NCBI GenBank assembly: GCA_002104945.1
Contig: MCFH01000001.1
Coordinates: 1,054,001 to 1,118,000 of the forward strand
Source of the DNA: Piromyces finnis finn
Taxonomy: Eukaryota > Fungi > Neocallimastigomycota
Direction of reading: 5' to 3'
DNA length: 64,000 bases
Part shown: positions 12,268 through 26,400 of the stretch, one piece after another
How the letters are laid out: each line of letters begins with the position of its first letter
Numbering within the stretch: the stretch's first letter is position 1
Program-made: the position numbers and the translations under genes
Notes under the pieces: model-generated
The model's input: only the letters and a program-made list of their open reading frames with translations
What the model was told of the DNA's origin: nothing
The model's database searches: none

Positions 12268-12358
12268 TTATTCTTTTGTCTTTATATCTTTATTCTATTT
12301 TTTATTTTATTTATTCTTTTGTCTTTATATCTTTATTCTATTTTTTATTTTATTTATT
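12268..12358. repeat. Tandem duplication of a 43-bp unit
   Basis: ttattcttttgtctttatatctttattctattttttattttat occurs at 12268 and again at 12311. Confidence 0.8.
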
Positions 12359-14281
12359 ATTTTTATTATGTTTACACTTATTCATTAAAACGTAAAAAAA
12401 AAATCTTTTTTTTTTTTTTATGTTTTAAAGTTTCATTGGTTTTATTAAATATTATTAACATGAAATAGAAAAACCTACTAAAAAAAAAAAAGTGGATGTG
12501 TACAATTTCATAATATCTATCGGAAAAATATAACACTATTATTAGAAATGATGGTACATCTTGGATGAATGTGGAATAATTGTCATTTATCTTTATTTCA
12601 AGAGTAATTGTAACTATTAAAAATTCAAAAAATGCATTATTTTATAAACAAAGCTACATCACTTTTATATTCTGAACCTGAATTAATTATTTAAAAAAAA
12701 AAAAAAAAAAACTTTTGATATTATTTTTTCGTAGAAAGAATTATCATAACAATAGTATATTTGTATGCCCCAAATAAAAAATAAGGATTGTACTATGTAC
12801 TATAATAGCGAATTAAATTCAAAAACAGCAATATTATATATAATAATTTTCAAATATATGGAAATTGTTATAATATTTCACAAGTCTTTCCTTATTTATC
12901 TTTTAAATTAAAAGAAAAACTAAAATAAATAACTAAATAAATATGTATATAAGTAATGTCAATAATATATAAATTCAAAAACAATGTATAAACTTAACCC
13001 TTATTTTTGCAATAATACCTATAAAATATTATTCCATTTTATAAATCTATTCAAATGTTATATTTATTTATGTTTACCATTGAATAACAGTATATTTGAA
13101 GTTCACTTACAATTTCAGTTTCAAAAATTATTTAATGGTGTTAACCGGTCCAAGATAGATATTGATAAATTAAGAAATAATTAAAGAGTGATGAAAAGTC
13201 AATAATGTATCATTTTTAAATATATACTTTTACCTATAATCGAAGTTAAACTATTTCTATGACAGGAAGTTCCTACTTAAACCAATAATCCTACAATCAA
13301 ATACTTATTTCATAAAATCACTTTCTAATAAAAATATTATTGATATGAATGAGAAAAAAAAATGATAAATATTAGTGAATATGAAATGTGAAAATTTTGC
13401 ATAGCTATGGTTATTTTAAATGATCCTAAAAAAAAAAAAAATAGACTTCCTTGACCCGATTCACATAAAAATTTTTAAATATTCATAAATAGTAATATAT
13501 ATTTTATATATAATTATAGATATAAATATTCTTTGTACTGACAATTAATTCTAGTAAATATATTCAAAAGACTTTTAAAATATTAAAAATAATAGAGTAT
13601 TTATGGTGTGACATCTCAAGAAATTTCTATCGCTAACAAGATATTAGTACCAAAATAAAAAGAACAAAATGTTAAAGGTTATATCCTCCCCATTTATTAT
13701 TATTAATATTTATAAATATTCATAGCCAAAAATATATATAATAAATAATAAATGCTATGTTAATTCTTTTTTATTTTTTTTTTTTTTTTATTATTTAAAA
13801 AATCATCGCCAAAAATAGTTCTTCATTAATTTAAAAGTTTATAGATTCTATTTTTATATTAATAAATATAATTTATGATATATATTTATTCTATAATTTA
13901 AAAACTTTAAACCATAATAAATTTTAATTTATATATATATATTTTAATTTTATTTTTCTTTAAAAAAAAGAAGAGTATTTGTTTAATATTCCAAAATTTA
14001 CATAATTTTCCCATAATTTTTAACTTAAGCAAATTCAGTTTTGCTTAATTCATTTTTATATACAACTTTTCAATATATAAAATATAATGATTAATATACA
14101 GCTACATTTTTTGGATTCATATATATTTCATATATTATATAAAGCTTTTCCTAGGTTCATTACATTCCTACATAAAAAGATTGTCCCATCTTTTTTTATT
14201 ACAATTTCCCTAAATTTGCAAACCTTCCAAAAAAAAAAAATTTTTTTTTTCTTTTTTTTTTCACCCTTTATAGTTGTCTTT

Positions 14282-15325
14282 TTATATGATTTCGTTGCTT
14301 GATCCTTCCTTCTTTTTAATAATTTTTGATATAGCTCTTTTAAATATATTTTTTGATTTTTTTTCTTTTTTTGGATTTATAATAACAATATCGTCACAAA
14401 AAGTAACTGTTTTTCTAGAAGGATTATTACTTATTGATCTTTTTGAAGCTTTAGAAGTTTTAGAAACTCTAGACATTCTAGACATCCTTGACATTCTACG
14501 ACTATAAGAATAATTTGTTGGTTCAAATAAATCATCATTATCATCATTCTCTTCATCATTATTTTTGAAGCTATTATTATCTTCTTCATCTGCATCAATT
14601 TCAGCATCCGAATTTTCTTCATCATCATTACAAAAATTTGCAATATCATTATTATTATTATTGGTTGAATTGATTACCTTTTCTTCATTTTGATTTTCAT
14701 TTATTTGATTTTCATTGTATTCTGTAGTTAGAGCTTCAATCATAGGGTTTTCTTCAAAACCATAATTTATTGCTTCTTCCCCGTTTTCACCCTCTACATC
14801 ATTATTAGGAGTTAATTTATTTTTTCCATTAAATTCAATAGAAACTGTGTTAATAGTATTAGCATTTGAAGAGTAACAAAGCGTACATTCTGATAATGGT
14901 GCTACTTTTCTTATCTTTGATGGTTTTGTCTTTAAAGTTGTTATATTATCTAAATCTTCCATTGAATAATAATCTTTTGAGGTATTTTCATTGTTATCGT
15001 TTAAATCACTTCCACTACTTAATTCATTTTCACTTTCATCATAATTTACGGATGAGTAGGAGGAATGTGAAGTAGAATATTTATTTGATTTCATAATAAA
15101 ACTATTACTTCTATCCTTCTTATCTTTCTTCGGTATAGCACCATAGGAATCAAATAAAAATTTATTTTTATCTATATATTGTTTTTGACTTGACCAAGTG
15201 AAAAAACTCTTTTTTAATGAAAGTCTTCTTCTTCCATCGGGTTTTGGAACCACATCAAAAGTTTCTTCATTTTGATCTACTACAGGAATTATATTTATTG
15301 ATGAATTATTACTAAATAATGGCAT
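14282..15325 (-). CDS. Disordered S/D/E/N-rich protein with C-terminal RVxF-like motif (KTVTF) and basic tail; paralog A
   Basis: Intronless 347-aa ORF with coding-like GC. Contains RRMSRMSRMSRVS repeats and the C-terminus RKTVTFCDDIVIINP...KNIFKRAISKII. Confidence 0.8.
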   Translation of the reverse strand: MPLFSNNSSINIIPVVDQNEETFDVVPKPDGRRRLSLKKSFFTWSSQKQYIDKNKFLFDSYGAIPKKDKKDRSNSFIMKSNKYSTSHSSYSSVNYDESENELSSGSDLNDNNENTSKDYYSMEDLDNITTLKTKPSKIRKVAPLSECTLCYSSNANTINTVSIEFNGKNKLTPNNDVEGENGEEAINYGFEENPMIEALTTEYNENQINENQNEEKVINSTNNNNNDIANFCNDDEENSDAEIDADEEDNNSFKNNDEENDDNDDLFEPTNYSYSRRMSRMSRMSRVSKTSKASKRSISNNPSRKTVTFCDDIVIINPKKEKKSKNIFKRAISKIIKKKEGSSNEII

Positions 15326-16064
15326 TTTATTATAATATTATTTTTCTTATGGTAACTTTATAATTAAATAGTTTTAATATTTTTTCTTTTCATAAGAAAA
15401 AAAAAACTATCGCATATTTTTCTTAAAACTATAAAATATATATATTAATAATTATTTTATTTCTTTATTATTATAAACTTTAAATTTTGAATAAATTTTA
15501 TTTTACAAATTTATTACTAATCGATTTGTTTTTTTTTTTTTTATAAAAGGGAGATATTTTTTTGAAATAAAAAAAAAAGGTTTTTATAATAATAATTATA
15601 AATAATTAATTATTATAATTAAAGTATGGGTTTAATTATTTATTATAGTATAAATCAATGACTTACACAATACAATAATATTTAAGAGAAAAAAAGAGAA
15701 AAAAAAAAAAAAATTGGAATGAAAAAAAAATATTTATATATTTTTTATATATATATAATTAATAACTTAAAATATATTTCTTTTTTATATATAAGAAAAA
15801 ACTTTAAATAATAAAATCTTAAATATACAAAAACATAATCATAATCATAAACACTGATAATTATAAATTAATGTGTGTGGGTGTTGGTAGACAAGAAATA
15901 AATTAAAAAAGATCAATAATGAATGAATGAATGAATTGAATGATATTTTTAAATATATTACTAAAAAAAAAAATAAATAAAATAAAATAAAAAAAAAAAA
16001 TCATATTATTTTGTTTATTTTGTTATATTACTTTTGTTATTTTCAATAGATTTTTTTAAAATGC

Positions 16065-16095
<31 letters not shown>

Positions 16096-18110
16096 GTTTA
16101 GTACAACATGATTGTGCACCTAAAGTTATTAATACCACATCATATAATATATATAAATATTTTTTTTTGTGTGATATTCTGTGTGATATTCTATGTGATA
16201 ATAAATAAATAAAATAATTGACTTAAACATTAAATATTAATTTATATTATTTTTTGGTAGTTCTTTTAATATACATAATAAAAAGAAAAGAAAAGAAATA
16301 GAGAAAAGAAAAGCTTAGCAACCATTTTTTTTATTTGTAATTTAATATAAACAATATATAATCTTTGTATAGTGACCTATATATACATATTTATTTAATA
16401 TACAACCATCAATTTATTTAAACTTAATTACTTGTTGTTATCTATAAATATAACTTTACTAGTACTTTAATTTTTCATTCTATTAATATATAGTATATAT
16501 TATGTTATTTCATGTAGTTGTCATTTAAAAAAAAAAAAAACTTAACCTTTTTTTTTATATCCATTATCAATGATTTAATATAAAGCAATATTTGTAGAAA
16601 GAGAAGGGTAAAATTAAATATTTTTACATGTATTCTTTTTTTTTCTATCCTACTAAATATACATAAACAAAAGTAAAAGGATAGTTTTTCTTTTTCTTTT
16701 TCTTTTTTATTAATGTCTTAAAAAATTATTTTATTTCTCTAACCCTAATCCTTAATAAGAATTTATTATATATAATATTCCACTAACCCTTTATAAAATA
16801 ATTTATATAAAAATTAAAAAAAAAATATTTATAAATATTAAAAATAATTAATGAATTTTTAATTATTGAATTTTCATATTTTTTTATGGCCTTTTAATTA
16901 ATAGGTTGATTCATCCTAATTACTTTATTTTAGTAATTTTATTAATAATTTCTTTTCTAGTACAATTATTATTTTATAATATATTCTCTATATTATGGCA
17001 AGTCAAACGTTTTTAATTTTTTAAAGAGAAAATAAATTGACCCAATGATAATAAGAATTTAAAAATAATTAAAAATATATTATTGGTAAGGTTGTTTTAT
17101 TTTTAGAAAGTTTTTTAACTTTTTTATAATTTTATAATAATTTTATAATTTTATATAGAAATAGTGGCTACTTAGGAATGAGAATCTTAATATTTTTTTA
17201 TTTTTATTTTTTAAATTCCAATACTAAAAAAATTATTGTTTAAAATTCATATTCCAATTTCCCTTTTTTTTTTTTTTCTTAAAAAAATTTCATATGAAAT
17301 TCAACTATATTAATATTTCAAATGACTTTATTTATTGGAAGGTTGTTTTTATTTATAATGTCATCACCTATTTTTAAAAAGTTTATAATTAACATAAATT
17401 ATAAAAATAGAATTTTTTATTTTATTTTATTTATATTTTCAAATAATTCTTAATCGATTGTATAATATATATATATATATATATATTTATTTAAAAGGTT
17501 TATAAAATAAATAGTACTAATACTAATCGTCGATTTAGGATATATATAATATAAATATTAAAAATCTGCAATTCATCTTTTAATAAATGTATATAAAAAT
17601 AATTTCTAAAAATAATAATTCTATATTAATATTTGCAATGGTTTTTATTTTAGGTTCAGAAATAAAGAATATTCATTTCATATAAATAATTCTTTAGGCT
17701 TATGTATATTAGGATAGAAAACAACATTATATTTAATATATTTATCAATGTATATATATAAAAATACAAACAATTTATATAAAGTGACAAATAACAAGGA
17801 AATATTAATTATTGATAAATTTTAAGTATAAATATTTTTTTAAAGAATGTTCGTCATCATATTAATAACAATTAACTCTTTTTTATAATACTTTTTTTTT
17901 TAAATGAAATAGATTTTTCTTTTTAATATTGAATATACTAAAATTAAACATATACTTTTTATTTTTTTTTATTTTTATTGAAAAAGATATTTCTCTTTAT
18001 AAATTTTATTTATGTTATATTTATAAAATGTTGGTTTAAATAGTTTTACTACTATATATTATGAATATATACAAAAAAATAAATACTACTACTACTAATA
18101 AATATAATAA

Positions 18111-18270
<160 letters not shown>

Positions 18271-20106
18271 TTAGTATAATTATGTTAAGTAAAAAAAAAA
18301 AAAAAGACAATAAGCAATAAAAGCATAATAAAACCAATAATATATGTAATCTATTTTAGTAGTAATTAAGAATACGTATTTTATTTTTATTTATTTATTT
18401 TTTTAATAATTATAATTTTTATTTATTTTAATTGAATAATTATCATGTAATATTAACTAATTTACCTTTTTTTTTTTTTTTACCAAAATCTATAAATACT
18501 TAAATAAGAAAAGAAAAAAAAAAGGACAAAAGATCAATAATAATAATAATAATAATATTTATTTATTTGTTTATTTTTTGTGTAATATAAATAATTATTG
18601 AAAAAAAAGTTTGCTAAAAATATCTTTTTAAAAGATTATTATATGAACAAGTTTTAAATACAATTTAATCTTTTACCCAATAATAATAGTTAATTATTTA
18701 ATATTAATTCCTATGAATAAAAATGCTAAGAATATTAAGATTTCTTTGAAAAAAAGAAATTATATAGTATTTTTTCCAAAAAATAAAATATCTAAAATTT
18801 ATTTTTAAACTATTAATCAACTATTCATTTTTGAACAAAATTTAATATTAATAATTCCCTAAAATTCAAAAAGTAATTTAATTTTTATAATGAATTAGAA
18901 TTTTTTTAAAAAAAAAAATTCTCTAGGATACTATTTATAAAAAGGTAAATTTTATCATTATGAATTTTAAAAGTAAATATAAATTAAGATTAACTCTATA
19001 GTTTTATAATACTTTTTATATTTAATTCGAAAAGACAAAAAAAAATATATGTAAATATTTATAAATTCATACCATTATATATTATTTTTGAGGAAAAAAT
19101 AATTATACCATTATCGATTTGTACTTTAAAAGGTTTAATAATAAAATCTTTTAAACATTTAATATTAATAATTCCCAATCTAATTGTAAAATTTTTAAAA
19201 AAAGAGATATTATAGAAATAGTTTCGCCAAAAACTGCCCTAAATTTTAATATATAGAAATAAATATTTATTATCACTATTATTACTATTATAAATTCATT
19301 GTATTGAACAATTAAAATAAAACTTTGATTTTCTATAAATAGTATAGATTTTTAGAACAAAACTATAATCAATTTTTTTTTTATTTTTGAAAAAATTATA
19401 ATTCTTTAATATATTGGGTATGTAAATAGAATCAAAAAATTCTCTCTATATTTAGTAGTATTATTAATAATTATATTATATTTAACCCAAATTCCTTTTC
19501 AAAAAAAATATTATTCTTTTTTTTTTTTTTTAAGAAATGATATATTATTTCTTATATGTAATATTAAAATAATTTATTACATAGTTTACTATTTCATCTT
19601 TTTTTTTTTTAATTTATCTTAAATAATTTATACTTTTTTTTTTTTTTGAGACTAAAAAAAAAAAAAAAAGGTATATTTAGTAATAATTCAATATGAATTA
19701 TGAAAAGAAGATATTTAGCCTTTTCTATGTTATACTTAATATTATATTTTAATTTATATATGGATAGAAAGTCTTAATAATAATATTAATAGCTATTCCT
19801 ATTCATACTAATCCTTTTTTTTTTTTTTTTTTTTTTTTATATTCTTGTGAATTTTAAATTAATATAATTTTTATCCTTTCTCCCTCTCTCTCTCTTTTTT
19901 TTTTTTTTTATTTTTTTAATTCATCAATTACATTTAATTCAAAAAAAAAATTTTTTTAAAAAAAAGTGGAATATAAAGTTCGTTTTATAATTATTATAAA
20001 TAATAAATTCATACACTATTTGATTCCAAAAGATATATACTTTTTTTAAGGTTAAAAAATTATTATTTACATATTAAAAAAGAAACATTTCAAAAAAAAA
20101 AAAAAA

Positions 20107-20137
<31 letters not shown>

Positions 20138-20983
20138 TAATAAAAATTAGAATTTTATATTAATAATTGACCTCTACTTTTTTGCCTTTTTTTTTTATTA
20201 GAAATTACTTCATTTACTATTGTGATATATCATTCCATTTAAATAATTGTGCATTTTTTTGCTTCAAGAAAATAGCAAAAGAAATAATTAAATGGGTAGT
20301 ATTTTATAAAAAAATTGATAATAATTACTAAAATTAAAATTTTTTGAGTTTTAATCCATTTTTGGTTTGATGTATTTTATACTTTTTTTTCCCTTCTCTT
20401 TTTCAAGGAATAATTTATATAGGAAAATGCATTTTTTGGCATTTATTATTATAATGATTATAAATGTTTCCAAGGAGGTGTTATTTAAACAATTTAAATT
20501 TTAATAGAGTTATACACTACTACTACTACTACTTTTTTACTACTACTAATATTATTCTAGTTATAGTTATCGTTGTTATCATTTGTATAATTAGTAATAA
20601 ACATTAAAGAAAAAAGGTTAAATCATTCATTAGTTTATCAGGAATTTTGTTAAAAAACTATAATTATAAAAAAAAACATTTTATGTATTAATGATTCATT
20701 CTTTATTAAAAAGATAATTTTTTTTTTAATTATATCTATCTCTATTGTCAATAAAGAATGAACAAAAAACAAAATACCATTATGAAATATATTTTTTTTC
20801 ATTTCTTTTTCTCTTTTTACCTATTAAAATTATTTTTTTTTATTTAAGGAAAAGTGTATTTAAACAATAGCATTTTTTTTTGTACATATTAGAATAATCA
20901 TAAAAAGTATAATATTTAAAATTAAAGAATTGACTAGTATTATCTATTATTATCTATTATCTATTATCTATTATCTATTATTA

Positions 20984-21014
<31 letters not shown>

Positions 21015-22901
21015 TATTAGGATTACCATTTAAAAACACGATCCATCTTTATATGACCAATATAGGATGGTATTATTAATCCTCTTTACTACCACCTATG
21101 GATCCATTAAATTAGATTCATAGGTGGTAGGATTAACAAATTTTAACAGTTTTAAAAGTTGTAGATATATTATTATTTTAATGTTTCATTAATTTTTTTA
21201 CTTTTTATAAACCAAACTTTTTTTTCTTTCATTAAACAGGAAAGAGAATACATTTCTCTATTTGTATTTTATTAATTTTAATTTTATTTAAAAGATTATA
21301 TTGCTTTTAGCTAATAATACATGTATTAAATGAAAAAAACAAAAAAACAAAAACAAAGGTAGAGAGAATAATGGAATTTTCACTAAACTCTTCCTACCAT
21401 TTTTTTTTTTTTTTAATTATTAATAATTTCATTTATTAAATATTTGAATCCTTGTATTCTGGGGGATAATGCCTTTAGAACGTTTCTTTAGGCCTATTGA
21501 TAATAGTAGGGTGTCTTGATTAAAATAGTTTTGTAAGGAATTATTTAAGGATAAAAAGTGTTGTGAGAGAATCCTTCTATCTATGTAACATGAAATTTTC
21601 CTTTCGATACTTGATGTAGTTAAAAATTATTCATTTATAAATATATTATCATCCTTTTTTTTTTTTTTTTGATTATTTATAGTTTATCCTAAAATTCAAA
21701 ATTTTACCAAGAAAGGAACATAAATTAAATATAATTTTAAACCATTTTTTTTTATTTTTTATTTTTTAGGATAAACAATCCTTTATTGTTAATAGGAACA
21801 GACGATTTTGAGTCATAGTCTATCTATTTTTCAATTGTTATATATATATATAAAAGGTTTTTGAACTTTTTATTGGAGAAGAAAAATAAATAAAAAAAAA
21901 AAGACCCAATTTTATTGGGTTTTATATTTCTATTCATAAATATAATTATTTTTTTTTTAAATTGTATTTAGGTACTTTTTTAGGCGTTCATCTATTTCAT
22001 ATTTAAGATTTTTAATTATAATATATATATTTAAATCATGTATAGGAATTAGGGTAAAAATATAGAAAAGCATCAAAAACTTATTTTTCATATTAAGAAC
22101 TTTTTTTTTTTTAATAAAAAAAGATCAAAAAAAAAAAAAAAAACACTAAAATATTGAACTTTTTTTTTTTTTTTTTTAATATGTACAAATGCTTTTTTTT
22201 TTATTAAGTATTCTTTTTTAATGGTTTACAAAATTAATCTATAATTTTAGATTTATTATTATTTTCTTTTTTTTTAATTTATTTCCACTTCGTTCAACTT
22301 CGAAGAAAAAATAAACTTTTACTAATAAAATTATATATACATTGACAATCTTAACAATCTACCAAATTATAAATATTTTAATTTTAGGTACATCGATTGA
22401 TTGTGTAACTATATTATTATCCCAAGAATTCATTAAATCTTTAATGATTAAATGGGTGATAATACTATTTGGTTTTCCTTCTTCTTGTTATTTTATTTCT
22501 TTCACTTTAAAAATAAAGAGTTTTATTATTATTATACATAGTTATTTCTTTTATATACCAGATTTAAATAATATTAATGGTATATTCAGTAAAAAAAAAA
22601 ACGAAAATGTTTCTAGTTTTTTTTTTTTTTTTTTTTTTAAATAATATATTATTTATTAAATATATTTGATATAAAAAATATCAATTTTTTTTTATTTATT
22701 TACATATTCAATTTTAGTATGGGATAAAAAATACGTTGTTAAAGAAATGATTATAGGTATGTAAAAAAAAAATAAATAGTATTATGTTTTAATGAAATTT
22801 GATTTAAAATAAATTTTATATTAAAAAAAAGGTATAATTGTAATTACTATTTTTTTTTGCTTGCAGATAGTGTTTTCCTTTTTTAAAATTAAATGTTATC
22901 T

Positions 22902-23462
22902 TTAATTAACATCCTTTCTTTTCATTTTTATGATTTTAAATGCTTTCTTTATAATATTTTTTTTATTTGGATTTTCAACAATAGGAGGTTTTATTACATC
23001 AACCTCATCAGAAAATGAAACCATTTTTGGCCTTGGATAAAGTCCTGATTTTAATGAATTATCATTTGAACTATAACCCGTTGAAGAATACATTGTAGTT
23101 TCAGATAATACAGAAGGTGATGGAATAACATCATTATTTAAAGTAGATCCACTATCTGAATCGTAACGACTGTCATCATCGTCGTCACTATCACTATCAA
23201 AATCAATGTAATTTAAGTTACTGTAACTACCACTTATAAATGAAGAATTTTGTCCTTTTCTTTTTTCCACCATATCTGGTTCTATTTCACTTGTCCATCC
23301 ATAAGATCTTCTATAATTCTTTCGTGAACTTCCAAAAGATATTGGACGAACGGTAGATGGATATGATTTCGATAAGCCTCTATTACCCGGTGACATAGAA
23401 GCAGTATAACATAATGAATCAGCGAATTGATAACTTGAATTGAAACTGTTGGAAGACATCAT
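22902..23462 (-). CDS. Disordered S/D-rich protein with C-terminal RVxF-like motif (KMVSF) and basic tail; paralog B
   Basis: Intronless 186-aa ORF. C-terminus PKMVSFSDEVDVIKP...KNIIKKAFKII matches paralog A. Confidence 0.8.
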   Translation of the reverse strand: MMSSNSFNSSYQFADSLCYTASMSPGNRGLSKSYPSTVRPISFGSSRKNYRRSYGWTSEIEPDMVEKRKGQNSSFISGSYSNLNYIDFDSDSDDDDDSRYDSDSGSTLNNDVIPSPSVLSETTMYSSTGYSSNDNSLKSGLYPRPKMVSFSDEVDVIKPPIVENPNKKNIIKKAFKIIKMKRKDVN

Positions 23463-26400
23463 TTTTTCTCCTTTTTTCTACTCTTTTAAAATACTTGGAT
23501 ATATTAATTTATATTTCTTTAAAATATTATTTTTGCTTTATTATTATTCTTTTCAATTTTTTTTATCAAAAAATTATTATAAATAAATATTTCTTTTTTT
23601 AAAGATAATACTTTCTTTTTTTTAAAAAAAATAATATAGAATAAAATAATCCTCTAAAAACTTTTAAAATTTTATTTTTTAAAAAAGTTATGGAGGAGCT
23701 TTTTCTTTAGGATTATATAATGTATAATTATATTGCATATGAGTGCTCACAACTTTAAAATTACTTTTTTTTATCATTAACTAGGTGTGTAATTACTATA
23801 AAATAAATTCAACTTTTTCTGTTTTTTTAAAATTCATTTATTGCAGGGGATTTCCAATGTTTTTTTTTATTATTATTAATATTAAAAAAATAATTCAATA
23901 AAATAAAAAAACTTTAAAAATATAAATTAAATTTGGTAATTTAAAATTTATTTTTTGAGAAATCTCTGCCTATTTATACTTTTTTGAAATTTTTTTTAAG
24001 GCTGTCTTTTTTGGGTTGAGGATTAATCTTTTAAATAAAGGTTAGAAAATAAAAGATAATTTTTAACTAATAATTAGAGTTAATATATGACTACAATATA
24101 TTATAATTACTTAATATATTATCAACATATATTAGTTAAACTATAAAAATTATAGGATGATTATAAATTTTATTATACTGGATCAATATATAAAATAGTA
24201 TTCAATACAATGTGATAATATATTATAATATATGGTTGAATTGTCTTTAGACTATATTTCTTGGAGTAATAAAATCTCTATAGATTAAACTTTTCCATTG
24301 TTAATATAATTTAATATATATTATAATATATATTATAATATCAAAAAATATATCTATTATGTATAATGTTATATCTTTATATATAGACAATTTAAATATA
24401 AATTAATCTATATTATATATTATATTAAATCATCAATATAAACTTTTTTAAAAAATATAAACTCTATAGATATAATATCTTATATAATAAATAATAATAT
24501 ATTCATTATATATATTAAATTGTACTAACTATATCAAATAATATATCTTATAATATATATAATATAAATATTATAAAAAGATAAAACATTATATAGTGTC
24601 AATCATTCATTTATTTATTATAATATCTTAATATATATTTTTAATTAATTGCAATATATTATGATATATAATTAATATATTGAATAAATTTAATAAAATG
24701 TTTTCAAAATTTTAATTTTCTAAAATCATCATAATAATTAATTTTTTAATTAGCATAAAATAGTTTAATTAAAAAGTCAATTAAAATGACTATTTTTTCA
24801 TGAGGACATTTTTTCTCCCTAAAATCAGCCTCTATTAGTGGTGTGTAGGTGGTGATGGTAGGTAATGTTAGTAGTAGTAATAGTAGTACTAGTTAGTGGT
24901 GGTACAAATTTGAGCATGTCAACGAGGTATCTGTGATAAAACTTTTTTTTAACTTTTATTAAACAATGAATTTCGTTTATCCATTATTAAAAAAATAATA
25001 TTTCCTGTCAAAACAATTTTTTTAATTCTAGTTGTTAAAAAATATTGTTATCATCCTTGTAAAAGTGGTCTTTTTAAGTTAATATTGATATCCATCTCTA
25101 TCTATGAAAAATATATTAAAAAACTAATTGATGATGCATTAATTATTATTACAGAATTACAGTTATCCATAATAATTTAACTCTTCATGCTTATCTAGGC
25201 ATTACATGGTTGTGAAAGGATATGTATATTATCAATTATTATTTTTTTTTTTTACCATCTACAACCCAATCCTTTACCATTTTTTTAAGAAAAAAAAATG
25301 CCAATATTTTCATTATATATTTTTATAAATTAAAATAATTTTATTGAATAGCATGTTTCCTTTTGATTCGATGGCCCTTTGGATGAAATTAACCCTACAA
25401 AATTTAGTACATTCTAAGATTTCTTTTAATAAAGTGCCACTTTACCTATTTTTTTATAGTTTAATTTTTTAGTCTTTATTCGTTTTTACCTTCATGCCAA
25501 TTTTTTTTGTGCATGTCATTTTATTCCTATTCATTTATTCCTTATTATTTAATCATACCATTAATATCTTGCATTTTATTGGAATTGAATTAATACTACC
25601 ATCACTACTACTAATACTAATAATAAAAAGATAAATCTTCATTTAAATCTTTAAAAGGTAATGATTTATTTTTGTGTGGGTATAGTGCTTGGAGTCTATC
25701 TAATTGTGTCTACAAATTATTTCTTCTTCCCTTTCCTTCCCTTTCTACCTTTTTCCTACCACACCCTCAACTTTCACTACAAAAAATGTAAAGAATTTCT
25801 TATATACTATGTAATATAAATAATTTATTATTTCATATATTACTTAATTTATTACTAATAAATATTATATTAAATAAAGTTAAAGAATGATTAGGAATAA
25901 TTAATGCTATAATACTAAATAAATAGTAGCATAATAACTCGATAGTAAACATTTTATTATCCTTATTTATTATATATTTATTATTTACTCTAGATTTAGT
26001 AGTCATCTTTTTTTTTTGTTTAATATTGAGATGATAGAATTAAACTATTTTTAATAGAAATATATAATTCATTCATTAATAATAAAGCATAATCCACCAT
26101 TACAATTAATAATAATAGACTAGAGTTTAGAAGACATCATCTAAGCATAAACCTCATAATTGTGATGATGGTAAGGATTGGAATGGGGAGGAATCTTGCA
26201 TTTCATCATTTTCATTTTAAATAAACTTTTAGGAGAAAAAGTTTATTTTTAATTATAAAGTAGGTTTCTTTTATCATACGTTTGATCGTTGGTATTTATG
26301 GCGATTCTATTAACTATTATGACTTACTTTTCTTTCATTTCTTTTTTACCTACAAATCAGCAGTAACCACACGGCGGATAGCATACGTAAATCATGTTTT

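Noticed and set aside
12400-13700. Slightly GC-richer patches with splice-like signals
   Set aside because: No consistent reading frame or recognisable motif on either strand.
22342-22644. 100-aa ORF and similar short TTG/GTG-started intergenic ORFs (e.g. 12180, 14087, 31976, 33773, 35753, 43770, 53241, 63021)
   Set aside because: F/I/L/K/Y-rich products expected from AT-rich non-coding DNA, with no motifs.
26330-26362. Selenocysteine read-through of TGC-TGA in the small ORF
   Set aside because: No recognisable selenoprotein motif or SECIS element, and no evidence here for Sec machinery.
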